NCBI GenBank assembly: GCA_003605055.1
Contig: QZKP01000018.1
Span: 40,644 to 104,643 of the forward strand
Direction of reading: 5' to 3'
Length of the DNA: 64,000 nucleotides
Source of the DNA: Desulfarculus sp.
GTDB lineage: Bacteria > Desulfobacterota > Desulfarculia > Desulfarculales > Desulfarculaceae
A program made the position numbers and the translations under genes. Within the stretch, counting starts at the first letter, position 1. Each line of letters starts with the position of its first letter. Shown piece after piece: positions 37,298 to 45,936 of the stretch. Below the pieces are notes generated by a model that made no database searches, had not been told where the DNA came from, and worked only from the letters and a program-made list of their open reading frames with translations.

Positions 37298-37443
37298 GGC
37301 CCACCTTTATACCGCGGGTCAATACCTAAATCCAACAGGCATTAACAGGCCGAGCATATAACTGGGAATTGAACCGGTGCCGCCGGGGATGGTATTATCT
37401 CACAAGGAAGGGTTTATCAGGTTGCAGAGGCCTGACCCTTTGG

Positions 37444-37472
37444 TTGACGTACAACCCCGGCTCCAATATAAT
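37444..37472 (+). promoter_or_regulatory. Sigma-70 promoter of the ffh operon
   Basis: TTGACG (37444-37449), 17-nt spacer, TATAAT (37467-37472). Lies 68 nt upstream of the ffh ATG. Confidence 0.65.
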
Positions 37473-37539
37473 CGCTGCTTTGCCCGTTCTTGCGTTTTTT
37501 GGCGGTTACACCGGAGGCTGATTAGGAGCTACCCTGGTC

Positions 37540-38877
37540 ATGTTCGACCACCTGAGCGACCGGCTGGCCCAGACCTTCAAGCGGCTTAAGGGGCACGGCA
37601 GGCTTTCGGAGGGCAACATCTCCGAGGCCCTGCGCGAGGTGCGCCTGGCCCTGCTGGAGGCCGACGTCAACTACAAGGTGGCCAAGGACTTCATCGCCCG
37701 CATCCAGGAGCGGGCGGTGGGCCAGGAGGTGATGAAGAGCCTCACCCCGGCCCAGCAGGTCATCAAGATCGTCAGAGACGAGTTGACCGCGCTCATGGGC
37801 GGCCAGGCCGAGCCCCTTATCCTGACCGGCAAACCGCCTCTGTTGTTCATGTTGGTGGGCCTGCAGGGCTCGGGCAAGACCACCACCGCGGCCAAGCTGG
37901 CCCTGATGCTGCGTAAGAGGGGCCGCAGCCCCTACCTGGTGCCGGCTGACACCCAGCGCCCGGCGGCCATAGAGCAACTGCAAAAGCTGGGCGCGGAGAT
38001 CAAGGTGCCGGTGTTCGCCAGCGACCCCTCCCAGGCGCCGGTGGATATATGCGTGCAGGCCCTGAGCGGCGCGGCCCGGGAAAACTGTGACCTCATCATC
38101 CTGGACACCGCCGGCCGCCTGCACGTGGACGACGCCCTGATGGCCGAGTTGGAGGGCATCCGGAATAAGCTGGCCCCCGCCGAGGTGCTGCTGGTGGCCG
38201 ACGCCATGACCGGCCAGGACGCGGTGAACGTGGCCCAGGCCTTCCACGAACGCTTGGGGCTCAGCGGCGTGGTGCTCAGCAAGGTGGAGGGCGACGCCCG
38301 GGGCGGGGCGGCCCTGTCCATCCGGGCGGTGACCGGGGTGCCCATAAAGTTGGTGGGCGTGGGCGAGAAGCTGGATGCCCTGGAGGCCTTCCACCCGGAC
38401 CGCATGGCCGGCCGCATCCTGGGCATGGGCGACGTGCTCACCCTGGTGGAGAAGGCCGGCGAGGCCTTCGAGGCCGAGCAGGCCCAGGCCATGGCCAAGA
38501 AGATGGCGGCCAACGCCTTCACCCTGGACGACTTCCGGGATCAGTTGGGGCAGCTCAAGAAGATGGGCTCCCTGGAGGGGCTGCTCAGCATGCTGCCGGG
38601 CGCGGGCAAGCTCAAGGGGCTCAAGGACATGCAGCCGGAGGAGAAGGAGCTCAAGCGCACCGAGGCCATCATCTGCTCCATGACTCCGTCGGAGCGGGCG
38701 GACCATCAGATGATCAACGCCTCCCGGCGCAGGCGCATCGCCCAGGGCTCGGGCACCACGGTTACCGATGTTAACCGGCTGCTGAAGAACTTCGCCCAGG
38801 CCAGGAAGATGATGAGGAGCATGGCCAAGCTGGGCGCTGGCAAGAAACAACTGGCCCATTTGCTGGGCCCACGGTAG
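37540..38877 (+). CDS. ffh: Signal recognition particle protein Ffh
   Basis: GLQGSGKTTT, DTAGRL, and a Met-rich C-terminal M domain. Confidence 0.95.
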   Translation: MFDHLSDRLAQTFKRLKGHGRLSEGNISEALREVRLALLEADVNYKVAKDFIARIQERAVGQEVMKSLTPAQQVIKIVRDELTALMGGQAEPLILTGKPPLLFMLVGLQGSGKTTTAAKLALMLRKRGRSPYLVPADTQRPAAIEQLQKLGAEIKVPVFASDPSQAPVDICVQALSGAARENCDLIILDTAGRLHVDDALMAELEGIRNKLAPAEVLLVADAMTGQDAVNVAQAFHERLGLSGVVLSKVEGDARGGAALSIRAVTGVPIKLVGVGEKLDALEAFHPDRMAGRILGMGDVLTLVEKAGEAFEAEQAQAMAKKMAANAFTLDDFRDQLGQLKKMGSLEGLLSMLPGAGKLKGLKDMQPEEKELKRTEAIICSMTPSERADHQMINASRRRRIAQGSGTTVTDVNRLLKNFAQARKMMRSMAKLGAGKKQLAHLLGPR

Positions 38878-38931
38878 TTATTAATAGAGGAAACCTTAAC
38901 TTAAGACCCAGAGGCATCGGAACGAACGAAC

Positions 38932-39213
38932 ATGGCAGTGAGAATCAGGCTTTCGCGCAAGGGCGCTAAAAAGAAACCCTTCTACCGCATCGTGGCCGCG
39001 GACTCCGAGGCCCCGCGGGACGGCAGCTTCCTGGAGGTGCTGGGCACCTACGACCCCCTCAAGGAGCCGGCCGAGGTGAAGGTCAAGAGCGATCTGTTGC
39101 AGAAGTGGCTGGATCAGGGGGCCACGCTCTCTGACACCGTGTCCAGTCTGCTCAAGGCCAGGGGCCTGTTGCCCCCGGCTGCCAAGGGGGAGGCTGTAGC
39201 GGCCCAGTCCTGA
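38932..39213 (+). CDS. rpsP: 30S ribosomal protein S16
   Basis: MAVRIRLSRKGAKKKPFYRIVAADSEAPRDG. Confidence 0.95.
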   Translation: MAVRIRLSRKGAKKKPFYRIVAADSEAPRDGSFLEVLGTYDPLKEPAEVKVKSDLLQKWLDQGATLSDTVSSLLKARGLLPPAAKGEAVAAQS

Positions 39214-39275
39214 GCCGATTGCCAGCCTAGGGTCGCGGTCTGCCCCTATTTCTCTCGCGACGGCGGAGGTGCGCA

Positions 39276-39506
39276 ATGAAGGAGCTCATCGGCTACATCG
39301 CTCGGGCGCTGGTGGACAACCCGGATCGGGTCGAGGTGAACGAGGTCGCAGGTGAACAGACCTCGGTGATTGAGCTCAAAGTGGCCAAGGAGGACCTGGG
39401 AAAGGTCATAGGCAAGCAGGGCCGCACGGCGCGGGCCATGCGCACTATACTCAGCGCAGCCTCGACCAAGATCCGCAAGCGCTCAGTGCTGGAGATCATC
39501 GAGTAG
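39276..39506 (+). CDS. KH-domain RNA-binding protein (UPF0109/YlqC-like)
   Basis: 76 aa with the [22 protein letters not shown] motif. Conserved position between rpsP and rimM. Confidence 0.88.
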   Translation: MKELIGYIARALVDNPDRVEVNEVAGEQTSVIELKVAKEDLGKVIGKQGRTARAMRTILSAASTKIRKRSVLEIIE

Positions 39507-39508
39507 GC

Positions 39509-40054
39509 ATGGGGCGGCCCGACCTAGTGCCGATGGGTCGGGCGGCCGGGGCCTTCGGGCTCAAGGGCGAGGTCAAGCTCACCTCCTTTGCCCAGGACCA
39601 GGGGATGTTCCTGCGGGCGGGGGTGGTTTTCGCCGGCCCGGACCCGGCCCGCGCCCGCCCCTTGAGCGTGATCTCCCTGCGGCCCCACCAGGGCCGTCTT
39701 TTGCTGCGGCTCAAGGAGATAACCAACCGGGAACAGGCGCAGGCACTGGGCGGCGCCTGGGTTTATCTGCGGCGTGAGGACCTGGACCCCCTGCAGACGG
39801 AGGAATACTACTGGTTCGAGCTCAAGGACGCGCTGGTGCGAACCAGCGATGGCCGCGAGCTGGGCCGGGTGCAGGCGGTGACCAACCACGGCGCTCATGA
39901 CATCCTGGTGGTGCGCGACAGCCGCGGGCGGGAGCTGTTGATTCCGGTGAGCCAGGAGGTGGTAAAGGAGTTGGACGCCGCCGCCGGGCTGGTGGTGATA
40001 GAGCCCACCCCGGGCCTGCTGGAGTGCCAGGACTGGGAGCCGGAGCCGGCCTAG
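39509..40054 (+). CDS. rimM: 16S rRNA processing protein RimM
   Basis: [18 protein letters not shown], a PRC-barrel C-terminal domain, and conserved synteny. Confidence 0.9.
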   Translation: MGRPDLVPMGRAAGAFGLKGEVKLTSFAQDQGMFLRAGVVFAGPDPARARPLSVISLRPHQGRLLLRLKEITNREQAQALGGAWVYLRREDLDPLQTEEYYWFELKDALVRTSDGRELGRVQAVTNHGAHDILVVRDSRGRELLIPVSQEVVKELDAAAGLVVIEPTPGLLECQDWEPEPA

Positions 40055-40079
40055 GGGCGCGACCCTGGCGGAGCGGGCC

Positions 40080-40856
40080 ATGATCTTTGACATCCTCACC
40101 CTGCTGCCCGAGGTCTGCCGGGCGTACCTGAAGGCCTCCATCCTGGGCCGGGCCCAGCAGGCGGGGCTGATCACGGTGCGCCTGGTCAATGTGCGCGAAT
40201 CGGCCATGGACCGCCACCGCACGGTGGACGACGCGCCCTATGGCGGCGGCGACGGCATGGTGATGAAGGTGGAGCCCCTGGTGGCCGCCCTGGAGAGCCT
40301 GCCCAACCTGCCCCGGCCGCGCATCATCCTGCTCTCGCCGGCCGGCCGGCCCCTTACCCAGGAGCTGGCCGCAGAGCTGGCCGGCCTGGAGCGGCTGGTG
40401 TTGATCTGCGGCCGCTACGAGGGCGTGGACGAGCGGGTGCGCCTGCTGGCCGTGGACCAGGAGATTTCCCTGGGCGACTTCGTGCTCAGCGGGGGGGAGC
40501 TACCGGCCCTGGCCCTGGTGGAGGCGGTGAGCCGGTTGGTCCCGGGGGTGCTGGGCGGGGAGGGCTCGGCGGCGGCCGACAGCTTCAGCGACGGCCTGCT
40601 GGAGCACCCCCACTACACCCGGCCGCCTGAGTTCCGCGGCCTGGCCGTGCCGGAGGTGCTGCTGTCGGGCAACCATGCGGCCATCGCCCGCTGGCGGCGC
40701 AAGGAGTCGCTGCGGCGCACCTGGCGGCGCCGGCCCGAGCTGCTGGCCGGTCGCGAACTGGGTCCGGAGGACCAGCGGTTGCTGGCCGAGGTGCAGGCCG
40801 AGGAGGCCGGGCAACCGCCCCCGGGCGGCAGTGGAAAATTGAACGATATGAGGTAA
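40080..40856 (+). CDS. trmD: tRNA (guanine37-N1)-methyltransferase
   Basis: [36 protein letters not shown]. Confidence 0.93.
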   Translation: MIFDILTLLPEVCRAYLKASILGRAQQAGLITVRLVNVRESAMDRHRTVDDAPYGGGDGMVMKVEPLVAALESLPNLPRPRIILLSPAGRPLTQELAAELAGLERLVLICGRYEGVDERVRLLAVDQEISLGDFVLSGGELPALALVEAVSRLVPGVLGGEGSAAADSFSDGLLEHPHYTRPPEFRGLAVPEVLLSGNHAAIARWRRKESLRRTWRRRPELLAGRELGPEDQRLLAEVQAEEAGQPPPGGSGKLNDMR

Positions 40857-40912
40857 AATACGCCCACCCCAGCCGGCCTTTGCCGCTGGGAGAGGCCGCA
40901 GGAGGTTTAGCC

Positions 40913-41260
40913 ATGGATCCCATTGAGCTTATTGCGCGCGAACAGATGCGGGTGGACGTACCGGAGTTTCGCGCCGGCGATACTATCAAAGTCTACGTGC
41001 GCATCAAAGAGGGCGAGAAGGAGCGCATCCAGATGTTCGAGGGTGTGGTCCTGCGCCGCCGGGGCTCCGGCTCCGGGGCCACCTTCACGGTGCGCAAGGT
41101 TTCCTATGGCGTGGGGGTGGAGCGCATCTTTCCCTTGAATTCGCCGGTGGTGGACCGGGTCGAGGTGGTCACCCGGGGCAAGGTGCGCCAGGGGCGCATC
41201 TACTACCTGCGCGGCCGCCGGGGCAAGGCCGCCCGCATCAAGGAGGCCTCGCGGGTTTAG
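40913..41260 (+). CDS. rplS: 50S ribosomal protein L19
   Basis: [33 protein letters not shown] lies 7 nt before ATG 40913. Confidence 0.93.
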   Translation: MDPIELIAREQMRVDVPEFRAGDTIKVYVRIKEGEKERIQMFEGVVLRRRGSGSGATFTVRKVSYGVGVERIFPLNSPVVDRVEVVTRGKVRQGRIYYLRGRRGKAARIKEASRV

Positions 41261-41263
41261 GCC

Positions 41264-42268
41264 ATGCCTGCTGCCCCAGCCGGCCCCACGCTGCACAAGG
41301 AGGCCGGCCTTTTCCGCCGCGGATTCCGGCGGGTGGCCGGGGTGGACGAGGCGGGCCGGGGCCCCTTGGCCGGGCCGGTGGTGGCCGCGGCGGTGATCCT
41401 GCCCCTGGACTGGGGCCGGCAAGGGGTGGACGACTCCAAGCGCCTGAGCGCCGACAGGCGCGCCGAACTGGCCGAGGTCATCAAGGCCGAGGCCGTGGCC
41501 TGGGCCCTGGGCCGGGCCGAGCCGCCGGAAATCGACCGTCTGAATATTCACCGCGCCAGCCTGCTGGCCATGCAGCGGGCGGTGCAGGGGCTGGAGCCGG
41601 CGGCGGACTATCTTTTGATAGACGGCCGCTTCGGCCTGAACCTGGGCCTGCCCCAGGAGGCGGTGGTCAAGGGCGACGCCACCTGCCTGTCCGTGGCCGC
41701 GGCCAGCATCCTGGCTAAAGTGGAGCGGGACGGACTGATGCAGGTCCTGCACCGGCAGTACCCCGCCTATAATTTCGCGGCCAACAAGGGCTACCCCACC
41801 CTGGAGCACCGGCTGGCCCTGGAGCGCCACGGACCCTGCGCGGTCCACCGCCGCAGCTACGGCCCGGTGGCCCAGATGGCCCTGAGTCTGGACGGCGGTT
41901 GGGCCGGGGAGCAGGCGCCGGCCCTGGGCCGCGAGGCCGAGACCCTGGCCCGGGCCCTGCTGGAGCGGGCCGGGATGCAGGTGGTGGAGGCCAACCGGTG
42001 TACCGCGGCCGGCGAGCTGGACCTGGTGGCCTGGGACGGGGCCACCCTGGTCTTCGTGGAGGTCAAGGCCCGCAGCGGGCGGGAGCATGGTCTGCCCGAG
42101 GAGGCGGTGGACCAACGCAAACAACGGCGGCTGGCCCAGGCGGCGGCGGCCTATCTGGCCGAAATGGGCCCGCCCGTGCCGGCCTGCCGCTTCGACGTGG
42201 TGGCCCTGGAGTTCGGTTCCGGGCCGCCGCGGATGCGCCATCTCAAAGACGCCTTTAGGCCGGAGTAG
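41264..42268 (+). CDS. rnhB: Ribonuclease HII continuing in-frame into a YraN (UPF0102) endonuclease-like domain
   Basis: RNase HII motifs are present ([27 protein letters not shown]). After about residue 205 the ORF runs with no stop into [19 protein letters not shown]...RFDVVAL, typical of YraN. An in-frame ATG lies at 41876. Confidence 0.85.
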   Translation: MPAAPAGPTLHKEAGLFRRGFRRVAGVDEAGRGPLAGPVVAAAVILPLDWGRQGVDDSKRLSADRRAELAEVIKAEAVAWALGRAEPPEIDRLNIHRASLLAMQRAVQGLEPAADYLLIDGRFGLNLGLPQEAVVKGDATCLSVAAASILAKVERDGLMQVLHRQYPAYNFAANKGYPTLEHRLALERHGPCAVHRRSYGPVAQMALSLDGGWAGEQAPALGREAETLARALLERAGMQVVEANRCTAAGELDLVAWDGATLVFVEVKARSGREHGLPEEAVDQRKQRRLAQAAAAYLAEMGPPVPACRFDVVALEFGSGPPRMRHLKDAFRPE

Positions 42269-42273
42269 GAGCT

Positions 42274-43413
42274 ATGGCCACGCTGTACGTGGTGGCCACA
42301 CCCATCGGCAACCTGCAGGACCTGAGCCCGCGCGCGGAGCAGGTCCTGCGCGCGGCGCCGGTGGTGGCCGCCGAGAGCTTGCAGCGGGCCCGCAAACTCC
42401 TGAGCCACCTGGGGCTGCGCGGCCAGCGGCTCATCTCCTGCCGGGAGGCCAACCGGCGGCGGGCGGTGGCCGAGGTGCTGGAGGCCTTGGGCGCGGGCCA
42501 GGAGGTGGCTCTGATCAGCGACGCGGGCACCCCTGGTCTGAGCGACCCCGGGGCGGCGGTGGTGGCCGCCGCGGTCCAGATGGGCCACCGGGTCGCGCCG
42601 GTGGCCGGGCCCAGCGCCCTGGCCGCGGCCTTGAGCGTGTGCGGGCTCAAACAGGCCCCGCTGATATTTTTGGGATTTCTGCCCAGCAAGTCCGGGCCGC
42701 GCAGGAAGCTCCTGGCCCAGGCCGGGGCCAGCGGCTGGACCCTGGCCCTGTTCGAGGCCCCGCACCGCCTGGCCGAAACTGCCGCCGACCTCCTGGAGGT
42801 GCTGGGCGACCGGCCGTTGGTGCTGGCCCGCGAGCTGACCAAGGTGCACGAGGAGGTGGTGCACACCACCTGCGCCGGTCTGGTGCGGCGGTTGCGGGGC
42901 CTGGAGAGCCGGGGCGAAGTGACCCTGGTCGTCGGTCCGGGACAGGCCGCCGGGCCGGACCCGTCCGAGGTGGACCGTCTGCTCCGTCAGGGCCTGGCCG
43001 CGGGCCAGGAGGGGCCCAGCGCCCTGGCCCGGCGGGTGGCCAAGGACTTGGGGCTGAACCGGGAAGGGGTTTACGCCCGTCTGCTGAGCCTTAAGCAGAC
43101 GGCCGGGACGGAGGAGATGGACGCCGGCGTGGACAGCGCACAGGAGCAGGAGCGGGTGCTGCGGGTGAGCAACAGCCTGGGGCTGCACGCCCGGGCCGCG
43201 GCCAAGATAAGCCAGACCGTGGCCCAGTACCAGTGCTCGGTGCGCCTGCTCAAGGACCAGGTGGAGGCCGACGCGGCCAGCGTGCTCTCCATCCTGGGCC
43301 TGGACGCGCCTCAGGGCAGCACCATTCTGGCCCAGGCCCAGGGTCCCCAGGCCGGTCCGGTCCTGGACGCGCTGGAGCAGTTGTTTGGCGGGCTCTTCGG
43401 GGAGGGTGCATGA
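42274..43413 (+). CDS. rsmI: 16S rRNA (cytidine1402-2'-O)-methyltransferase RsmI, ORF continuing in-frame into an HPr domain
   Basis: MATLYVVATPIGNLQDLS, ISDAGTPGLSDPG, FEAPHR, ARELTKVHEE. The last ~95 codons encode an HPr-like sequence with no intervening stop. Confidence 0.85.
   Translation: MATLYVVATPIGNLQDLSPRAEQVLRAAPVVAAESLQRARKLLSHLGLRGQRLISCREANRRRAVAEVLEALGAGQEVALISDAGTPGLSDPGAAVVAAAVQMGHRVAPVAGPSALAAALSVCGLKQAPLIFLGFLPSKSGPRRKLLAQAGASGWTLALFEAPHRLAETAADLLEVLGDRPLVLARELTKVHEEVVHTTCAGLVRRLRGLESRGEVTLVVGPGQAAGPDPSEVDRLLRQGLAAGQEGPSALARRVAKDLGLNREGVYARLLSLKQTAGTEEMDAGVDSAQEQERVLRVSNSLGLHARAAAKISQTVAQYQCSVRLLKDQVEADAASVLSILGLDAPQGSTILAQAQGPQAGPVLDALEQLFGGLFGEGA
43117..43413 (+). CDS. 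ptsH: Phosphocarrier protein HPr (possible independent CDS nested in-frame in the rsmI ORF)
   Basis: VSNSLGLHARAAAK (active-site His), ASVLSILGL region. About 98 aa from ATG 43117. GGAGGAG lies immediately upstream (short spacing), with GTG 43129 as an alternative start. ptsI follows with an ATGA overlap. Confidence 0.6.
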   Translation: MDAGVDSAQEQERVLRVSNSLGLHARAAAKISQTVAQYQCSVRLLKDQVEADAASVLSILGLDAPQGSTILAQAQGPQAGPVLDALEQLFGGLFGEGA

Positions 43414-45194
43414 GCGCTTCCCGCGAAAAAATCATGCGCGGCGTGGGGGTCAGCCCGGGCATCGCCATCGGGCGGGCCCTGGTGGTGGCGCGCAACCCGG
43501 TGCAGGTGCCCTACCGCCCCTTGTCCAACGTCAGCCAGGCCGAACAGGAGGCCAAGCGCTTTCAGGCCGCCCTGGCCGCCACCAAGCAGGAACTCACCGC
43601 GGCCCGGGACCAGATGGGCGGCGCCCTGGCCGACTACTCCTACATCATCGAGGCCCACCTGGCCATCCTGCAGGACCGCATGATCAGCCAGCGTACCCTG
43701 GACCTGATCAAAACGCAGAAGATCAACGCCGAGTGGGCCCTGGGCCTGGCCGAGAACGAGGCCAAGCAGGTGTTCGAGAACGTGCAGGACGAGTACATCC
43801 GCTCCCGTTTCTCGGACGTGGCCTACGTCACCGAGCTGCTGCTGCGCCACCTCTCCGGCCAGAACCACAACCAGCTTTCCGAGATTCGCGAGAAGGTGGT
43901 GGTGGTGGCCCACGACCTTAGCCCGGCCGATACCACCCTGATGGACCTGGACTGGATCATGGGCTTCGTCACCGACATGGGCGGGCCCACCAGCCATACG
44001 GCCATCATGGCCCAGGCCAAGGCCATACCGGCGGTGGTGGGTCTGGAGCGGGTCAGCCAGGAGGTGGCCGGCGGCGACTTCGTCATCGTGGACGGCTCCG
44101 GCGGGGTGCTGGTGATAAACCCCGAGGAAGAGACCCTGCACCAGTACCGGGACAAGCAGGAGGCCTACGAGCTCTACGCCCAGGAGATATTGGCCCAGGC
44201 CCACCTGAGCGCCGAGACCATTGACGGCCGCCGCCTGGACGTGGGCGCCAACATCGAGCTGGCCGAGGAGGTGGGCAGCGTGCTCACCTACGGCGCCGAG
44301 AGCATCGGCCTGTACCGCACTGAGTTCCTCTACGTGAGCCAGAAGACCCTGCCCACGGAGGAGGAGCTGCTGGCCAACTTCCGGACCGTGGCCGAGCGCA
44401 TGGAGAGGCGGCCGGTTTGCATCCGCACCCTGGACATCGGCGGGGACAAGTTCGCCAGCACCCTGGAGCTGGCCCCGGAGATCAACCCGGCCCTGGGGCT
44501 TCGGGCCATTCGCTACTGCCTCCGGGAGCGCGGGCTGTTCAAGACCCAACTGCGGGCCATCCTGCGGGCCTCGGCCTACGGTCAGGTGCGGGTGATGTTC
44601 CCCCTCATCTCCGGGGTGGGCGAGCTGCTGCAGGCCAAGGAGGTGCTGGAGGAGGTCAAACAGGAGCTGCGCGCCCGAGGGCACCCTTTCGACGCCAAGA
44701 TGAAGGTGGGTATCATGATCGAGGTGCCCTCGGCGGTGGCCATCGCCGATCTGCTGGCCGAGCACGTGGACTTCTTCTCCATCGGCACCAACGACCTGAT
44801 CCAGTACTCGCTGGCCATTGACCGGGTGAACGAGGCCGTGGCCCACCTGTATCAGCCCATGCACCCGGCGGTGCTGCGCATGGTGCGCCAGGTGGTCACC
44901 GCCGGCCACGCCGCGGGCATCTCGGTGGCCATGTGCGGCGAGATGGCCGGCGACGTGCGGGCGGTGCCGCTGCTGGTGGGTCTGGGGCTGGACGGCCTTT
45001 CCATGAACGCCCTGGCCATCCCCCGGGTCAAGCAGGTGCTGCGCCTGTGCGCGGCCCAGAGCTGGCGGGATCTGGCCCGCCACGCCATGAGCTACGCCAC
45101 CGCCGCGGAGGTGAAGCGGTTCGTGGACCAGGAGCTGGTGCGCCACTTCGGCGCCATGTTCGCCCCGGCCCCGGGCGGCGCTGCGGCCGGTTAG
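43410..45194 (+). CDS. ptsI: Phosphoenolpyruvate-protein phosphotransferase (PTS enzyme I)
   Basis: GVSPGIAIG, GGPTSHTAIMA (active His), SIGTNDLIQY, CGEMAG. Start at ATG 43410 overlaps the preceding stop. Confidence 0.92.
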   Translation: MSASREKIMRGVGVSPGIAIGRALVVARNPVQVPYRPLSNVSQAEQEAKRFQAALAATKQELTAARDQMGGALADYSYIIEAHLAILQDRMISQRTLDLIKTQKINAEWALGLAENEAKQVFENVQDEYIRSRFSDVAYVTELLLRHLSGQNHNQLSEIREKVVVVAHDLSPADTTLMDLDWIMGFVTDMGGPTSHTAIMAQAKAIPAVVGLERVSQEVAGGDFVIVDGSGGVLVINPEEETLHQYRDKQEAYELYAQEILAQAHLSAETIDGRRLDVGANIELAEEVGSVLTYGAESIGLYRTEFLYVSQKTLPTEEELLANFRTVAERMERRPVCIRTLDIGGDKFASTLELAPEINPALGLRAIRYCLRERGLFKTQLRAILRASAYGQVRVMFPLISGVGELLQAKEVLEEVKQELRARGHPFDAKMKVGIMIEVPSAVAIADLLAEHVDFFSIGTNDLIQYSLAIDRVNEAVAHLYQPMHPAVLRMVRQVVTAGHAAGISVAMCGEMAGDVRAVPLLVGLGLDGLSMNALAIPRVKQVLRLCAAQSWRDLARHAMSYATAAEVKRFVDQELVRHFGAMFAPAPGGAAAG

Positions 45195-45205
45195 GGGGCC
45201 CGGGC

Positions 45206-45655
45206 GTGTCCGGCATAAAGGTGGTGGCCCGCAATAAGCGGGCCCGCTTCGACTACGAGCTGGGCGACCGCTTCGAGGCCGGGCTGGTGCTCGCCGGCAC
45301 CGAGGTCAAATCCCTGCGCCTGGGCAAGGCCAGCCTGAACGAGGCCTATGCCCGGATCAAGGACGGCGAGGGCTGGCTGCTGGGCTGCCAGATACAGCCT
45401 TATCCTTTTGCCTACTACGACAACCACGAGCCCACCCGCCCGCGCAAGCTGCTGCTGCACAAGCGCGAGCTCAAGCGCCTGACCGGCAAGGTGGCCGAGC
45501 AAGGCTACAGCCTGATCCCCCTGGCCATCTACTTCAAGCAGGGCCGGGCCAAGGTGGAGCTGGCCCTGGCCAAGGGCCGCAAGAAGTCCGACAAGCGGGC
45601 CCTGATTAAAAAGCGCGACCAGGAGCGCGAGATGGCTAGGGCCCTGCGCCGCTGA
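45206..45655 (+). CDS. smpB: SsrA-binding protein SmpB
   Basis: NKRARFDYEL, GTEVKSLR, KLLLHKRE, and a basic C-terminal tail. GTG start in frame at 45206. Confidence 0.9.
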   Translation: MSGIKVVARNKRARFDYELGDRFEAGLVLAGTEVKSLRLGKASLNEAYARIKDGEGWLLGCQIQPYPFAYYDNHEPTRPRKLLLHKRELKRLTGKVAEQGYSLIPLAIYFKQGRAKVELALAKGRKKSDKRALIKKRDQEREMARALRR

Positions 45656-45763
45656 GGACCGGTGTTTTTATTTGGCCCGGTAAAACGGGGGGGAACGAAT
45701 CCGGCGAAACCAATACCCATAAATCGTTAGGTGTTTTATAAGTTGTACATTGTTATAAAATAT

Positions 45764-45793
45764 ATTGTAATTACAATGTAATAATATTATTAC
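45764..45793. promoter_or_regulatory. Two abutting perfect palindromes (candidate operator) in an AT-rich island
   Basis: ATTGTAATTACAAT (45764-45777, 14 bp) is immediately followed by GTAATAATATTATTAC (45778-45793, 16 bp). Both are perfect inverted repeats sharing a GTAAT/ATTAC core. Confidence 0.5.
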
Positions 45794-45848
45794 GTTTGGC
45801 CTAACCTTATAATGCTCTAATTTCATACAAATATTTGTGGGAATAAGT

Positions 45849-45877
45849 TTGACATGATTGGCCAGGGCGGATATATT
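45849..45877 (+). promoter_or_regulatory. Sigma-70 promoter upstream of mnmA
   Basis: TTGACA (45849-45854), 17-nt spacer, TATATT (45872-45877). Lies ~60 nt upstream of the mnmA TTG start, and a GGGGAG RBS precedes that start. Confidence 0.65.
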
Positions 45878-45936
45878 TTTATTCTCCCTAATGACCATGA
45901 ACTTTCTATGATTTTTCGGCGGGGAGATTTTAGTTT

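Noticed and set aside
37298-37443. SRP RNA (ffs) or another ncRNA in the 240-nt spacer upstream of ffh
   Set aside because: There is no match by eye to the conserved SRP domain IV motif (GGAAG...AGCAG-type helix 8) on either strand. The spacer is better explained as a divergent promoter region, with a TTGACG-N17-TATAAT promoter at 37444-37472.
45668-45898. 76-aa ORF (minus strand) inside the AT-rich island
   Set aside because: It has no convincing RBS; only GAAAG lies 3 nt before the ATG. The composition (Asn/Ile/Tyr/Lys-rich) simply mirrors AT-rich DNA, and it overlaps the predicted mnmA promoter. It is more likely non-coding regulatory DNA.
45656-45936. tmRNA (ssrA) gene, or an integrated-element attachment site, next to smpB
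   Set aside because: I looked for a tRNA-Ala-like acceptor/T-arm and a tag-peptide reading frame on both strands and found none. No integrase or direct repeats flank the island. The foreign-DNA remnant idea is kept only as a minor alternative in the findings.
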